Shown piece after piece: positions 1-8,616 of a stretch of DNA of 64,000 bases (positions are counted from its first letter, which is position 1; each line of letters begins with the position of its first letter). The position numbers were made by a program, and so were the translations under genes. The stretch is from positions 1 through 64,000 of the IMG/VR virus record IMGVR_UViG_3300030060_008074; one strand, given 5' to 3'. The notes under the pieces were generated by a model, which saw only the letters and a list, made by a program, of their open reading frames with translations, had not been told where the DNA came from and did not search any database. Source of the DNA: a virus.

Positions 1-91
1 CAGTTGCCAAAAATATAACCAATGCTAGTGTACCTCCAAATATACAGAAAATACCTAGACTTGTCTTAAAAAATTTGCTTTCATGTATCAT
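1..91 (-). CDS. Partial (5' end) small membrane protein running off the window
   Basis: Manually translated MIHESKFFKTSLGIFCIFGGTLALVIFLAT..., preceded by an AAGGAG Shine-Dalgarno-like sequence. Confidence 0.5.
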   Translation of the reverse strand, partial: MIHESKFFKTSLGIFCIFGGTLALVIFLAT

Positions 92-104
92 AACTTTTCT
101 CCTT

Positions 105-404
105 TTAGTTTTCCCATACTACTTCGTGTTTTTCTTGTTGATGTAATATCTTGCCGTCTCTCTTTGCAAAATATAAATCGCCTAATTTAACTAGGCAGGT
201 ATCTCCATTTAATAAGTACCTCTTATCTTTTCCATCATAAGTCCATTTTGAAAATCCAGAACAATAATATCCTCTATTAGTCCACCAATCATACTTCTTA
301 CCTGGATTGTTGTGTTCAAAAATGAACTTCTGAATGTCTACGAATCTAGCTCCATCTTTTCCGTGGAGAGCTACAAAATCCACGATAAGGTCTTTTTTAG
401 TCAT
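105..404 (-). CDS. Hypothetical phage protein
   Basis: 99-aa ORF in a co-oriented gene run; no recognised motif. Confidence 0.6.
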   Translation of the reverse strand: MTKKDLIVDFVALHGKDGARFVDIQKFIFEHNNPGKKYDWWTNRGYYCSGFSKWTYDGKDKRYLLNGDTCLVKLGDLYFAKRDGKILHQQEKHEVVWEN

Positions 405-528
405 AATTTTTTCTATTTTTTATTTTGTATAATATATATCCAACTACCGGGGTACCCATAAGTAATGTCCATAAATTTGGATGGGGTTCTCCACATAGTC
501 CTAGTGCATGTCTTAAAAATTCTATCAT
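397..528 (-). CDS. Small membrane protein not in the ORF track (43 aa, H-x2-G-x-CGEPHP)
   Basis: Manual translation MIEFLRHALGLCGEPHPNLWTLLMGTPVVGYILYKIKNRKNYD*; fills the gap and overlaps both neighbours' start/stop codons. Confidence 0.6.
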   Translation of the reverse strand: MIEFLRHALGLCGEPHPNLWTLLMGTPVVGYILYKIKNRKNYD

Positions 529-1070
529 CTGTATACCTTTGAGTTTTTCCAGTTTCTAAATGCAAATTCTATCTCTTCGTCAATAACCTCTTCTTTTACT
601 GAATATTCTACAACTGGGTCAGGCATAAAGGTATTCACTATCTCTAACAACTGGCGACGATGAGAACCACTTATCATTCTAGACTCTAATGCTCCATCAA
701 GGTATTTAATTGCAGAATCTTTACCTTTTGAGTCCATAATAGACATTGCCATTTTACCAGCCCTTTCAAAGTCTTCTTGGGTTGGTATTCGCATTTCTCT
801 TCCAGAATTACCAACTATTTTAGTGGTTGACTTTGGAGTAGAACCACCACGCAGTCCACGCATTATACCGTATCCTGCTCTTTGAGCTAATTTATTGATA
901 CGCTTTGCTGTATCTTTATCTGTTATTTGTATGGTATTACCTGTCTTGTGATAACATATATCTACACAACCGACCTGTTCTGTGGTAGAACATTCTGTAC
1001 ACGTTTTTGTATTCGGAAGTGCTTGTAATCTTTGTTGTGGTATTTCTGTTTTACAATGTATGCAATTCAT
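525..1070 (-). CDS. DksA/TraR C4-type zinc-finger protein
   Basis: N-terminal CIHCKTEIPQQRLQALPNTKTCTEC matches the CxxC-x3-IP-x2-RL-x-A-x-P-x4-CxxC signature. Confidence 0.75.
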   Translation of the reverse strand: MNCIHCKTEIPQQRLQALPNTKTCTECSTTEQVGCVDICYHKTGNTIQITDKDTAKRINKLAQRAGYGIMRGLRGGSTPKSTTKIVGNSGREMRIPTQEDFERAGKMAMSIMDSKGKDSAIKYLDGALESRMISGSHRRQLLEIVNTFMPDPVVEYSVKEEVIDEEIEFAFRNWKNSKVYR

Positions 1071-1088
1071 AATCTTTATTTATAGTTA

Positions 1089-1144
1089 AATATAATAAAA
1101 ATATTTGACCCGGTAAAATCCTGGCCAAAAAGTTATTAACAATT
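1089..1144 (-). promoter_or_regulatory. Class A 31-bp phage promoter motif plus upstream TTGTTAATAACTTTT box
   Basis: Minus strand reads AATTGTTAATAACTTTTT...ATTTTACCGGGTCAAATATTTTTATTATATT; same motif at 9 intergenic sites. Confidence 0.65.
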
Positions 1145-1480
1145 TTCAGCAATAACTTGCTTAATGTGTCTACATTTACCGTCCTTAGCTCTTCTAAAAC
1201 CTAGACAGTCACATGAATAAGAACCTGAGCTATTAAATTTTACAGTGTATAGATTACCAGTACTGCCTTCTATCGGCCACTCGTTCTCTTTTACAACTGG
1301 CTTGTACTTCATAGTATTTACTATCAACCCATCAGATAGAGCCTTGTCAAGGTCAAAATCTGCAGTTACCTCTAGCCAAATCGGTACTACAAAGTGTTTA
1401 CTACCAACTTTCATCATAGCTGGTCTCTGTATATTTGATTCAAATTCTGTCTTTGGTAATGTTTCGTTTGTATATGCCAT
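1136..1480 (-). CDS. SWIM-type zinc-finger protein
   Basis: GSTGNLYTV...YSCDCLGF...KCRHI (CxC-xn-CxH). Confidence 0.75.
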   Translation of the reverse strand: MAYTNETLPKTEFESNIQRPAMMKVGSKHFVVPIWLEVTADFDLDKALSDGLIVNTMKYKPVVKENEWPIEGSTGNLYTVKFNSSGSYSCDCLGFRRAKDGKCRHIKQVIAENC

Positions 1481-1481
1481 A

Positions 1482-1985
1482 TTATGAGTATTTTAATGTT
1501 GGTGTCCAATCTATTTCTATTTCGTCTTCAAACGGAGCAAAATCTGATAGTAGTTCTGTGTGTGTTTTGACAGCATAATCACATTTTTCCCAATCGAATC
1601 CAACCATCATAAAGGTTGTTCTTGGTACTAGACCTTTGAAACAAAGATAAGAATAATTTTCATGTAACTGCCAGTTGGCCATGGTTTCTAATTCGTTTCT
1701 AAACTCTTTGTCTACCATTTCTAAAGTATAACCATCACCAAATCCAGTAGAACAAATACCTTCTTGAAGTTTAACAATATCAAAAGATTTCCAAGAGAGT
1801 TCAGTCCACTCAGTTTCCATAGTTGTGTGACCATGCATCTTAATATTCAATAGAGCTTCCCATTTTTCAATAATGTTTGCTCTCATTTGATTAGCAACTT
1901 GATCGTTGTGGTCATACATTGCTTGTGAGAAAGGTTTTGTGATTTTTAATCCGTACTTAGTGGTGGTTTTCTTGCTTTTTGACAT
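1482..1985 (-). CDS. Hypothetical phage protein
   Basis: 167-aa ORF downstream of a class A promoter. Confidence 0.65.
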   Translation of the reverse strand: MSKSKKTTTKYGLKITKPFSQAMYDHNDQVANQMRANIIEKWEALLNIKMHGHTTMETEWTELSWKSFDIVKLQEGICSTGFGDGYTLEMVDKEFRNELETMANWQLHENYSYLCFKGLVPRTTFMMVGFDWEKCDYAVKTHTELLSDFAPFEDEIEIDWTPTLKYS

Positions 1986-2011
1986 AGTTTAATTATTTTT
2001 ATTTATAGTAT

Positions 2012-2078
2012 AAATATAATAAAAATATTTCAAACCGGAAAATCTGGCGTGATTATTTTCAAAAAGTTATTAACAATT
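2012..2078 (-). promoter_or_regulatory. Class A promoter motif plus TTGTTAATAACTTTT box
   Basis: Minus strand AATTGTTAATAACTTTTTG...ATTTTCCGGTTTGAAATATTTTTATTATATTTATA. Confidence 0.65.
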
Positions 2079-2154
2079 ATAGAGTACCTAGATAGAATAC
2101 TACTATCATCATGAGTATATATACTGCTGGAGTTATGTCGATTTTATCTTTCAT
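2077..2154 (-). CDS. Putative 25-aa single-TM peptide
   Basis: Manual translation MKDKIDITPAVYILMMIVVFYLGTL*. Confidence 0.35.
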   Translation of the reverse strand: MKDKIDITPAVYILMMIVVFYLGTL

Positions 2155-2203
2155 ACAGTAATAAATACATTGGTGGTGTCCGTTATTTATTACGGCAGTA
2201 TTA

Positions 2204-2848
2204 TCATTGTGTTAACTGAATGTTAAAAAATCTATCCATATATTCTAATGGATCTGCTGTTCTACCGTCTCTTCTTATCTCATAGTGAAGATGTGGTCCA
2301 GTAACATTACCACTGTTACCTGCTCTACCAATTGCCTGTCCTGTAATTACTGAATCTCCTTCTTCTACAAACATCCTATATAAATGGGCGTAATAAGACT
2401 CATATCCTCCTGCATGGGTTATTACTATACACCTCCCATATCCGCCAAGCCAATAAGCCTTCTTAACTACACCATGTCCAGACGCGTGTACAGTATCGCT
2501 CCAAGCCGCATATATGTCTATTCCTCCATGAAAGCCATACCCTAATCCTAGCGGCCTTCTCCTCCAGCCATAATTTGAAGATATTCTCATAGTATCTAGT
2601 ATTGGAGAACCCAAAGGTAACGAATCCATCATTGCCAGGAGCCTTTCGTTATCACATAAGAGGTACTGATTTTCTTGTGTAATAAACTCAATATGTTCTT
2701 GTTGGTGTTTTAATTGCAGTTTTTGCAATTTTATCTGAGAGTTTCTTTTTTCTAAAATAAGACCAAATACTATTGCCGAGACTATAACTAGTACTAGTAT
2801 TCTTCTTCTTTTGTTTATTATTTTTAATAATTTATTAGTAAATATCAT
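2204..2848 (-). CDS. M23-family metallopeptidase with N-terminal membrane anchor and coiled coil
   Basis: HGGID (HxxxD), GYG...YAHL, TGPHLHYE (HxH); hydrophobic ILVLVIVSAIVFGLIL segment. Confidence 0.9.
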   Translation of the reverse strand: MIFTNKLLKIINKRRRILVLVIVSAIVFGLILEKRNSQIKLQKLQLKHQQEHIEFITQENQYLLCDNERLLAMMDSLPLGSPILDTMRISSNYGWRRRPLGLGYGFHGGIDIYAAWSDTVHASGHGVVKKAYWLGGYGRCIVITHAGGYESYYAHLYRMFVEEGDSVITGQAIGRAGNSGNVTGPHLHYEIRRDGRTADPLEYMDRFFNIQLTQ

Positions 2849-2869
2849 ATTGAAATAAATTAAAGTTAA

Positions 2870-3226
2870 TTATTTTTCAAAATATTTTGGTTTTTCATCT
2901 ATTATACCAGCCTTCCTACATGGAAGCCAAACTGTGTTTTCAAAGTCGTCATTTAACCTTGAAGATATTTCAGTTATTACTTGGTATTTCTTATCCTCAT
3001 ATCCCGCAATATCCATTTGTAGTATTTCAAATAATTTTTTTATGTTTTCATAATCGTCTTCAGTGTATAACTGGTGTACTGTAGAATTTATTTCGCTAAC
3101 CATCCTAGACGCTACTGCGTAATTTGGATTGTTAACGGCTTGTTTATCTCTTGAAATATTACGAAACTTCTTAAGTACTCTTCTTACTCTCCTCGATACC
3201 ATATGTTTTGTCTCCATCCTTTCCAA
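2870..3226 (-). CDS. Hypothetical protein
   Basis: 118-aa ORF; true start may be an internal Met. Confidence 0.55.
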   Translation of the reverse strand: MERMETKHMVSRRVRRVLKKFRNISRDKQAVNNPNYAVASRMVSEINSTVHQLYTEDDYENIKKLFEILQMDIAGYEDKKYQVITEISSRLNDDFENTVWLPCRKAGIIDEKPKYFEK

Positions 3227-3693
3227 TTAAGAGAACCTATAGTTTGAAAGTGGCAATTATAGCACAACAAATATAAATTCTCAAGATTTCTATTGTCTAA
3301 ATTTTCATCCTTATATTCTAATATTAAAGGCACTTTATTGTCAGTTACTCTTTTTTCGCTATACCCACAGTTATGACAACACTCTTCTATGTATCCCATC
3401 CTAATCAGCCTATCCTTTAATCTCCAATCTTTATATTGTGGATACTTTCCTGCAAGAATATCATCTAATGGATATTTCTTATCGTAATCTACAATATGTT
3501 TTATGCCTTTACCGGTTGGATTTTTACATCCATCAAATAAAGTATTTCCATCTTTATCCTTGTATAGCTGTGCATATTTCTTAAATGTATTATATGATAC
3601 ACCAAGAAACCTAGAAGCAGCCTTTGCACTCTTAGTTTTTGATATCGCTAGCTCTACCTCAGCTTGAAGTAACGGCCTTCTCTTCCTTCTCAT
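3184..3693 (-). CDS. HTH plus HNH-like zinc-binding endonuclease/regulator
   Basis: AASRFLGVSYNTFKKY helix-turn-helix; CHNCG...N..NL..LCYNCH HNH-type Cys pattern. Confidence 0.7.
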   Translation of the reverse strand: MRRKRRPLLQAEVELAISKTKSAKAASRFLGVSYNTFKKYAQLYKDKDGNTLFDGCKNPTGKGIKHIVDYDKKYPLDDILAGKYPQYKDWRLKDRLIRMGYIEECCHNCGYSEKRVTDNKVPLILEYKDENLDNRNLENLYLLCYNCHFQTIGSLNWKGWRQNIWYRGE

Positions 3694-3925
3694 TATATCC
3701 TTTCTTTAATTTTTCACTAACGATAAGTCTTTCTATCTCTTCATCCTGTTCATCTTTTGTCAGTTGGTCTGTGTATAGAACATCTGATATATCCATTGAT
3801 AGTTTTCCTTGTGTAATTATGGCATCTACTCCTTTAATATACCATTCTACTACTCCTGCAATCCCTCTTGAACTGTGTATGTCCATAATCTGTTCATCAT
3901 CAATATATCTTTTATGAAAGCCCAT
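3659..3925 (-). CDS. Hypothetical protein
   Basis: 88-aa ORF, translationally coupled to neighbours. Confidence 0.6.
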   Translation of the reverse strand: MGFHKRYIDDEQIMDIHSSRGIAGVVEWYIKGVDAIITQGKLSMDISDVLYTDQLTKDEQDEEIERLIVSEKLKKGYNEKEEKAVTSS

Positions 3926-4347
3926 TATTTTCTCCTCTTAATCGTAACCCTATTTTTATTTGGTTTTGTATATTTAACGTTTGAATATGAACCATTAATG
4001 ATTTTATTCAATTTAGGCCTATGAACCGGTTTATTTACAGGCCTCTTAACTATTACATGAGTAGTTTTATGGTAATGGGAAGGTGGACATGTCTTATAGT
4101 AATAATACCATGGATAGTAGTGCGGTTTACCATAGTAATAATAATATCCACTGTGCCATCCCCAATAAATTTGATTGTTATGAAAAGTATTTACAGCGTG
4201 TTCTTCCCTTAGGTCAGAGTATTCTGCGTCTGTAATATAATAGGTACCATGACACCCAGTAATAAGTAAGAATATTAAGCATAGTATTATTCCTATCCAT
4301 CCTATAAATGCTCCTGTAGCTGCGTTTTTGTATCTTCTTTTATTCAT
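3925..4347 (-). CDS. Putative Tyr/Trp-rich lipoprotein
   Basis: Hydrophobic N-terminus ending LITGC (lipobox-like), YYYYY-rich core, basic tail. Confidence 0.55.
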   Translation of the reverse strand: MNKRRYKNAATGAFIGWIGIILCLIFLLITGCHGTYYITDAEYSDLREEHAVNTFHNNQIYWGWHSGYYYYYGKPHYYPWYYYYKTCPPSHYHKTTHVIVKRPVNKPVHRPKLNKIINGSYSNVKYTKPNKNRVTIKRRK

Positions 4348-4864
4348 ATCTAATATACTTCTTATTGTTTTTAATATACAGTTTACCTAATGGTATATCT
4401 CTTAATTCTCTACCAGTTAGGTCATATACTTTATTATCGTTAAATTTTTCAATTACAAGTTCTTCTATATTTGTTGGTAACATGTTAAGTAATACCCATG
4501 AAAAACTATTTTGATTAAATACTAACCACTCTTCTACACTACATACTTCTACTGAACCGTTCTCGTAAATATAAACATCATAACCAACTTTTACTGTATC
4601 AGCTGTTGTGATTTGTGGAAAATAATCATACATACCTGAACCTGTATAACAGATACCACCTCCTGAAAATCCAGTACATATTCCCCAATATACTGTCATA
4701 GAATCTGGATTGTGTACTATGTTTGTAGTATCTAATGATATATTGAATCCTTGGCTTTGGTCTATATTATATGTTATTGAATCACAACAAAAATATGGTG
4801 CTGCCTGTTGTGCTTGTGTTTGTAGTCCTATTAAGACTAATACTGCTAATAAAATTCTTTTCAT
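4340..4864 (-). CDS. Secreted protein with short T9SS-like C-terminal domain
   Basis: Signal peptide MKRILLAVLVLIGLQTQA; C-terminus TNIEE...VYDLTGRE...LYIKNNKKYI resembles Bacteroidota sorting-type tails. Confidence 0.6.
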   Translation of the reverse strand: MKRILLAVLVLIGLQTQAQQAAPYFCCDSITYNIDQSQGFNISLDTTNIVHNPDSMTVYWGICTGFSGGGICYTGSGMYDYFPQITTADTVKVGYDVYIYENGSVEVCSVEEWLVFNQNSFSWVLLNMLPTNIEELVIEKFNDNKVYDLTGRELRDIPLGKLYIKNNKKYIRYE

Positions 4865-4928
4865 TTTTTATCTTCTCTAATTATGTAAATAAAAGGTTTA
4901 TCTCCAAAGGTTGTTGTAGTTGTCCACA

Positions 4929-5117
4929 TTATTTATTCTCCAATGACTTTCTTTTTCTAGCACACCTAGAACGCAATTTTTTAGTTAAGTCTGTACATGT
5001 TTTATTATTTGAGAATAGCCTCTCAAAATTCCATATATAGTTAAACGCAGAATAGATTTGTTGAGTATTATTACAACTCTCTATTACTTCTATTGCTTTC
5101 TTGTATGCTTTATTCAT
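4929..5117 (-). CDS. Hypothetical protein (start revised to MNKAYKK)
   Basis: Class A promoter at 5123-5154 lies just upstream of the ATG at 5117. Confidence 0.55.
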   Translation of the reverse strand: MNKAYKKAIEVIESCNNTQQIYSAFNYIWNFERLFSNNKTCTDLTKKLRSRCARKRKSLENK

Positions 5118-5122
5118 ACTAT

Positions 5123-5154
5123 AATATAATAAATTTTTTTGAATCGGAAAAATT
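5123..5154 (-). promoter_or_regulatory. Class A promoter motif
   Basis: Minus strand ATTTTTCCGATTCAAAAAAATTTATTATATT. Confidence 0.6.
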
Positions 5155-5371
5155 AAAAGGCACTTATTTTCCATTTCGGCTTCTTTGAAGTAGCTATAAA
5201 GTCATCAACATATTCAGCATTTGAAACCTTGTACTCTCTAGATAGTTTTGAGGAAGACTCAACTATTTCTTCCTTGGTATCTTTTATTTCTGCAAGTAAT
5301 GGCCTGCCCGTATGGTCTAATAAATAGGTTATATAACCTCCTGCTTTTAGTGGGTGAGCCAAAATTTTCAT
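5153..5371 (-). CDS. Hypothetical protein
   Basis: 72-aa ORF in operon. Confidence 0.55.
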   Translation of the reverse strand: MKILAHPLKAGGYITYLLDHTGRPLLAEIKDTKEEIVESSSKLSREYKVSNAEYVDDFIATSKKPKWKISAF

Positions 5372-5372
5372 A

Positions 5373-5615
5373 TTACCATTTTCCTTGAGGGCATCTTTGT
5401 TTTTTCATTCCTGTTTTAAGTTTAAGAATACATCCACAAGTTAGCTGTTTGCCGTTATCATCCCATGTAGGCATAAGTATTGTACCGCAAGTAAGACCAG
5501 TAACAGAATTTTCCTTTGAATAGCTGCACTGTCTACACAGAAACATTCTAGATTCTGGATCAGTTATTACTATATCTCCAGCGTGTTTTTTACTTTTACC
5601 ACAATTACATCCCAT
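5373..5615 (-). CDS. Small Cys-rich metal-binding protein
   Basis: MGCNCG, CRQC, CG, CGC, CPQGKW; AGGAG SD upstream. Confidence 0.7.
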   Translation of the reverse strand: MGCNCGKSKKHAGDIVITDPESRMFLCRQCSYSKENSVTGLTCGTILMPTWDDNGKQLTCGCILKLKTGMKKQRCPQGKW

Positions 5616-5687
5616 AACGTATTCTCCTTTTATATAAAATAAATATAAAAGTTGGATGAATTTTTTCCAATTGGTTGACTAATAAAG

Positions 5688-5903
5688 TTATTTTTTTGAA
5701 AATTTTTCGATGCCTGCGATACCGAAGCAACCTAGAACAACCCATGTAAATGAGTCGTATATTGTCTCGTTAATTACTAGGTCTTTACCTAAATAGCCTG
5801 TCATCAAGTCTAATAAGGCAAATAATACCATTACCAAAAATGCTATAAATCCTACAACATTCTTCTCATTCCATTCGTTATTGTCTTTGAATATATTCCA
5901 CAT
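5688..5903 (-). CDS. Two-TM small membrane protein (holin-like)
   Basis: Two hydrophobic helices and a charged tail (EKFSKK). Confidence 0.5.
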   Translation of the reverse strand: MWNIFKDNNEWNEKNVVGFIAFLVMVLFALLDLMTGYLGKDLVINETIYDSFTWVVLGCFGIAGIEKFSKK

Positions 5904-5905
5904 AA

Positions 5906-6202
5906 TTAACTCACATCCATAAAATCGTGGTGACTTGCTTTCACACCCGATATTTTAAGTTCTCTTACTATTTTATCTAAAGTATTCCTACCTGAACCGT
6001 ATCTTCTAGGCACTTCCATGTCTATACCCATACTCTTGAGGTATTTATTAGTATCGTCTAATCCTAATTTAGCAGTTCTTTGTTTTTGAGATTTGTTTTT
6101 GTGTACGTCTGTACCGTAGAATAGACCGCCCTGTTCTGTATAAACAAACTCAACCTTTTGATAAGGGCTCTTAATCTCATATAGTAAACTTTTTAATTTC
6201 AT
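5906..6202 (-). CDS. Hypothetical protein with KLK-x-LL-x-E leader
   Basis: Begins MKLKSLLYE. Confidence 0.65.
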   Translation of the reverse strand: MKLKSLLYEIKSPYQKVEFVYTEQGGLFYGTDVHKNKSQKQRTAKLGLDDTNKYLKSMGIDMEVPRRYGSGRNTLDKIVRELKISGVKASHHDFMDVS

Positions 6203-6450
6203 TATTTTAGACCAAACATTTTACCCATTAGATCAGGGTAACCTTTAACAGTTCGTAGCGTCTGTATCATCTTACTTATAGTAGACTTGTCTGCACCTTT
6301 AGCCGTTTTAGCTTCATGTTCAAGGTGTCGAAGTAATATAGTACAATTCCTCTCGAATTCTTTTTTGAATTCTTTGTCCATTGGAGCCTCTGTTAATGTT
6401 CCAGCTGATAATTTTCTAAGCCATGCATGTTGATTAAATTTTTCTGCCAT
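6202..6450 (-). CDS. Hypothetical protein
   Basis: 82 aa; N-terminal segment ends LTE. Confidence 0.6.
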   Translation of the reverse strand: MAEKFNQHAWLRKLSAGTLTEAPMDKEFKKEFERNCTILLRHLEHEAKTAKGADKSTISKMIQTLRTVKGYPDLMGKMFGLK

Positions 6451-7550
6451 TAGTATTGCTCCATCTTATCTAATTTAGCCATAAGTTTTTTGAACTCAGA
6501 TTTTTTCTTTTTATATTCTTTTTCTTTCTTTTCAATATCTCTACCATATCTAGTAGCTTTAGGTCCACCTTCTGGCTCTGCCTCTTGTTCCATATCTTTA
6601 TGAAGTTGACTTAAATCTTTATTTATCATCTTCATATCCATTTCAAGGTCCATTATTTCATCTTGCAATTTCATTTTTGCATCAAAATGTTTCCAAAGAC
6701 TAGTGGCTTCATTTACTTTATCCACATCAATAGTTTCCTTTATTTCTTTAGCCATCATTACAGAAAGACCTAAAGCATCAATTAACTTTTTAGCAGTATT
6801 AAAGTATTTTTTATCTAACTTCAATGCTGTTAAAGTTGTAGATAATCTATTCATTGAATAACCCTTAATTTTAGCTTTATCTAATGCTTTTTGTAAGTCT
6901 GCAGGCTTGAAGTTTCCAGTAGTTTTGATACCAATCATACTTTCATTTAATTTGCCTTCAGTAACTCTTCCGTTCGATACAAAAAATGAATGTGGTTTTT
7001 GATTCCAAGTTTTAGGGTCTCCTTGAAAGTCCATATCTTCTTTCTTACCAGTTGATTTCATACCGCTTGACGTTACTACTGGCTCGTTTTCATAATAGAA
7101 CCATTTACCATTTTTTTCTTGAGCCACAGCAGTTGCCCAACGTGGAGGTGTTGCAGTAAATTTTGATTTGAAAGCTTTATATTTCGCTGAAGCTTCATTT
7201 AATTTATCATATCCTGATCCGTACGGCGCTGCCTTTCCATCGTGGTCTGGAGCAACTGACTCTTCTTTTTCATATCTATGAGATTGATCCGCGCATATGG
7301 CTTCTGATATAAATACCTTTTTTCCCTTTCTTTTCTCTGAGCTAGGTTTCAATCCAGATACCATTACCGGGTCAAAGCTTGTGGCTCCCGTACTCGGAAA
7401 CTTTACATAGGCAACATTACCCTTAACCTTATTAACTACTCCATACTCACCGAATGATTTATCGTGTATGAAGTCGCCTTTTTTAGGCTTTTGCTCTGTT
7501 AATAGGCTTAATTCTTCTTTTATGATATTTATGATTTCTGACTTTTTCAT
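6450..7550 (-). CDS. Multi-module putative virion internal protein
   Basis: MKKSEIINIIKEELSLLTE leader; modules separated by ISE/LNE/VTE/VNE motifs; C-terminal coiled coil. Confidence 0.55.
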   Translation of the reverse strand: MKKSEIINIIKEELSLLTEQKPKKGDFIHDKSFGEYGVVNKVKGNVAYVKFPSTGATSFDPVMVSGLKPSSEKRKGKKVFISEAICADQSHRYEKEESVAPDHDGKAAPYGSGYDKLNEASAKYKAFKSKFTATPPRWATAVAQEKNGKWFYYENEPVVTSSGMKSTGKKEDMDFQGDPKTWNQKPHSFFVSNGRVTEGKLNESMIGIKTTGNFKPADLQKALDKAKIKGYSMNRLSTTLTALKLDKKYFNTAKKLIDALGLSVMMAKEIKETIDVDKVNEATSLWKHFDAKMKLQDEIMDLEMDMKMINKDLSQLHKDMEQEAEPEGGPKATRYGRDIEKKEKEYKKKKSEFKKLMAKLDKMEQY

Positions 7551-7551
7551 G

Positions 7552-7917
7552 TTAAGATGGTATAGTAGCGCCTTTTCTATTAAGAGTATTTGTCAATTCA
7601 GCTACCCCTTTGTATGCTTTATTAAAAGCTCCCTTCAAGTGACTGTATCTAGAACTATCAGCTGCTTTCATTTGATTTTCCATTCTTTCAATTTGAGTTC
7701 TTAATTCTCTCATCTTTTCTACATAAGGGTCCTTTCTCATTTTTGGAGCCTCTTCTAATCCCATATCTTGAGGCGGTAAATCATCAGTACTACCTTTATG
7801 GTCTTGATCTGCTACATCCTCCTCTTCAGTTAATGGATTCCATTTCATTTTCATGAGCTTTGAAGAAGGAAGTTCTCCTAAATAAGCACTTTCTTGAATT
7901 ATCTTTTTAAGTTTCAT
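7552..7917 (-). CDS. Hypothetical protein with KLK-x-II-x-E leader
   Basis: Begins MKLKKIIQE; class B motif and AGGAG upstream. Confidence 0.65.
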   Translation of the reverse strand: MKLKKIIQESAYLGELPSSKLMKMKWNPLTEEEDVADQDHKGSTDDLPPQDMGLEEAPKMRKDPYVEKMRELRTQIERMENQMKAADSSRYSHLKGAFNKAYKGVAELTNTLNRKGATIPS

Positions 7918-7935
7918 TATTTCTCTCCTATATTA

Positions 7936-7945
7936 TATAAATATC
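7936..7945 (-). promoter_or_regulatory. Class B (late-like) promoter motif GATATTTATA
   Basis: Minus strand TTGATATTTATATAATATAGGAGAGAAATAATG; the same core precedes several other genes. Confidence 0.55.
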
Positions 7946-7954
7946 AAGGTATAC

Positions 7955-8311
7955 CTAAAAGGCATCCATTATTATCTCATCTATTTTACCCTGTACATCT
8001 TCAACAGTTGCTTCCATTGTCATCATAATATTTGCCTGAAACCTTGCAACTTCTTCTCCATCATTGTATATTACAATTGTTGGTACAACTACTATTTTAT
8101 ATTTAGCAGCAGCTTTTGTATCTTTTTGAATATCTATAAATTTTTTGCTACACTCTTTTAGTTCTCCTAACCATGGTACTTTATTAGCCTCATTAAACCC
8201 AGCATTAAATTGTACTACACATATTCCATCGCCTTTACATGGACTCTGAGCTTTTGTAGAAAAGCTACTAATAAAAAGTAATAATGCCAATATGTATCCC
8301 ATGTACTTCAT
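7955..8311 (-). CDS. Exported thioredoxin-fold protein lacking CxxC
   Basis: Signal peptide; VVQFNA-x-(W/F)N in place of WCxxC; KYKIVVVPTIVIYNDGEEV..RF cis-Pro segment. Confidence 0.7.
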   Translation of the reverse strand: MKYMGYILALLLFISSFSTKAQSPCKGDGICVVQFNAGFNEANKVPWLGELKECSKKFIDIQKDTKAAAKYKIVVVPTIVIYNDGEEVARFQANIMMTMEATVEDVQGKIDEIIMDAF

Positions 8312-8320
8312 AACTCTCTC

Positions 8321-8605
8321 CTATCTTAGTTTGTCTATCTTTTCCTCTAATCTTTTTATAGATTCTTTTAATTCTTTGACATCTTCTTGAGTTGTCATAA
8401 TTGTTTGACGTACTAATTGGTCTTTCATATCAAATTCCATACGCGTTATTTCTGCTGGAGGAGGTTCTGGCAATAATTTTGCCTCTTCAATATCAGCCTG
8501 TAGAGCAAACCACATACCAACTATAGTAAAAATTAGAACCGCAATACCTGCTAAAGTCTTTATACTTAACTTTAACGTTGTGTCTTCATTTAACTCTTTT
8601 GCCAT
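8321..8605 (-). CDS. Single-TM coiled-coil protein
   Basis: TM LAGIAVLIFTIVGMWFAL followed by a heptad-rich tail. Confidence 0.65.
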   Translation of the reverse strand: MAKELNEDTTLKLSIKTLAGIAVLIFTIVGMWFALQADIEEAKLLPEPPPAEITRMEFDMKDQLVRQTIMTTQEDVKELKESIKRLEEKIDKLR

Positions 8606-8616
8606 CTTTCTCTTCC

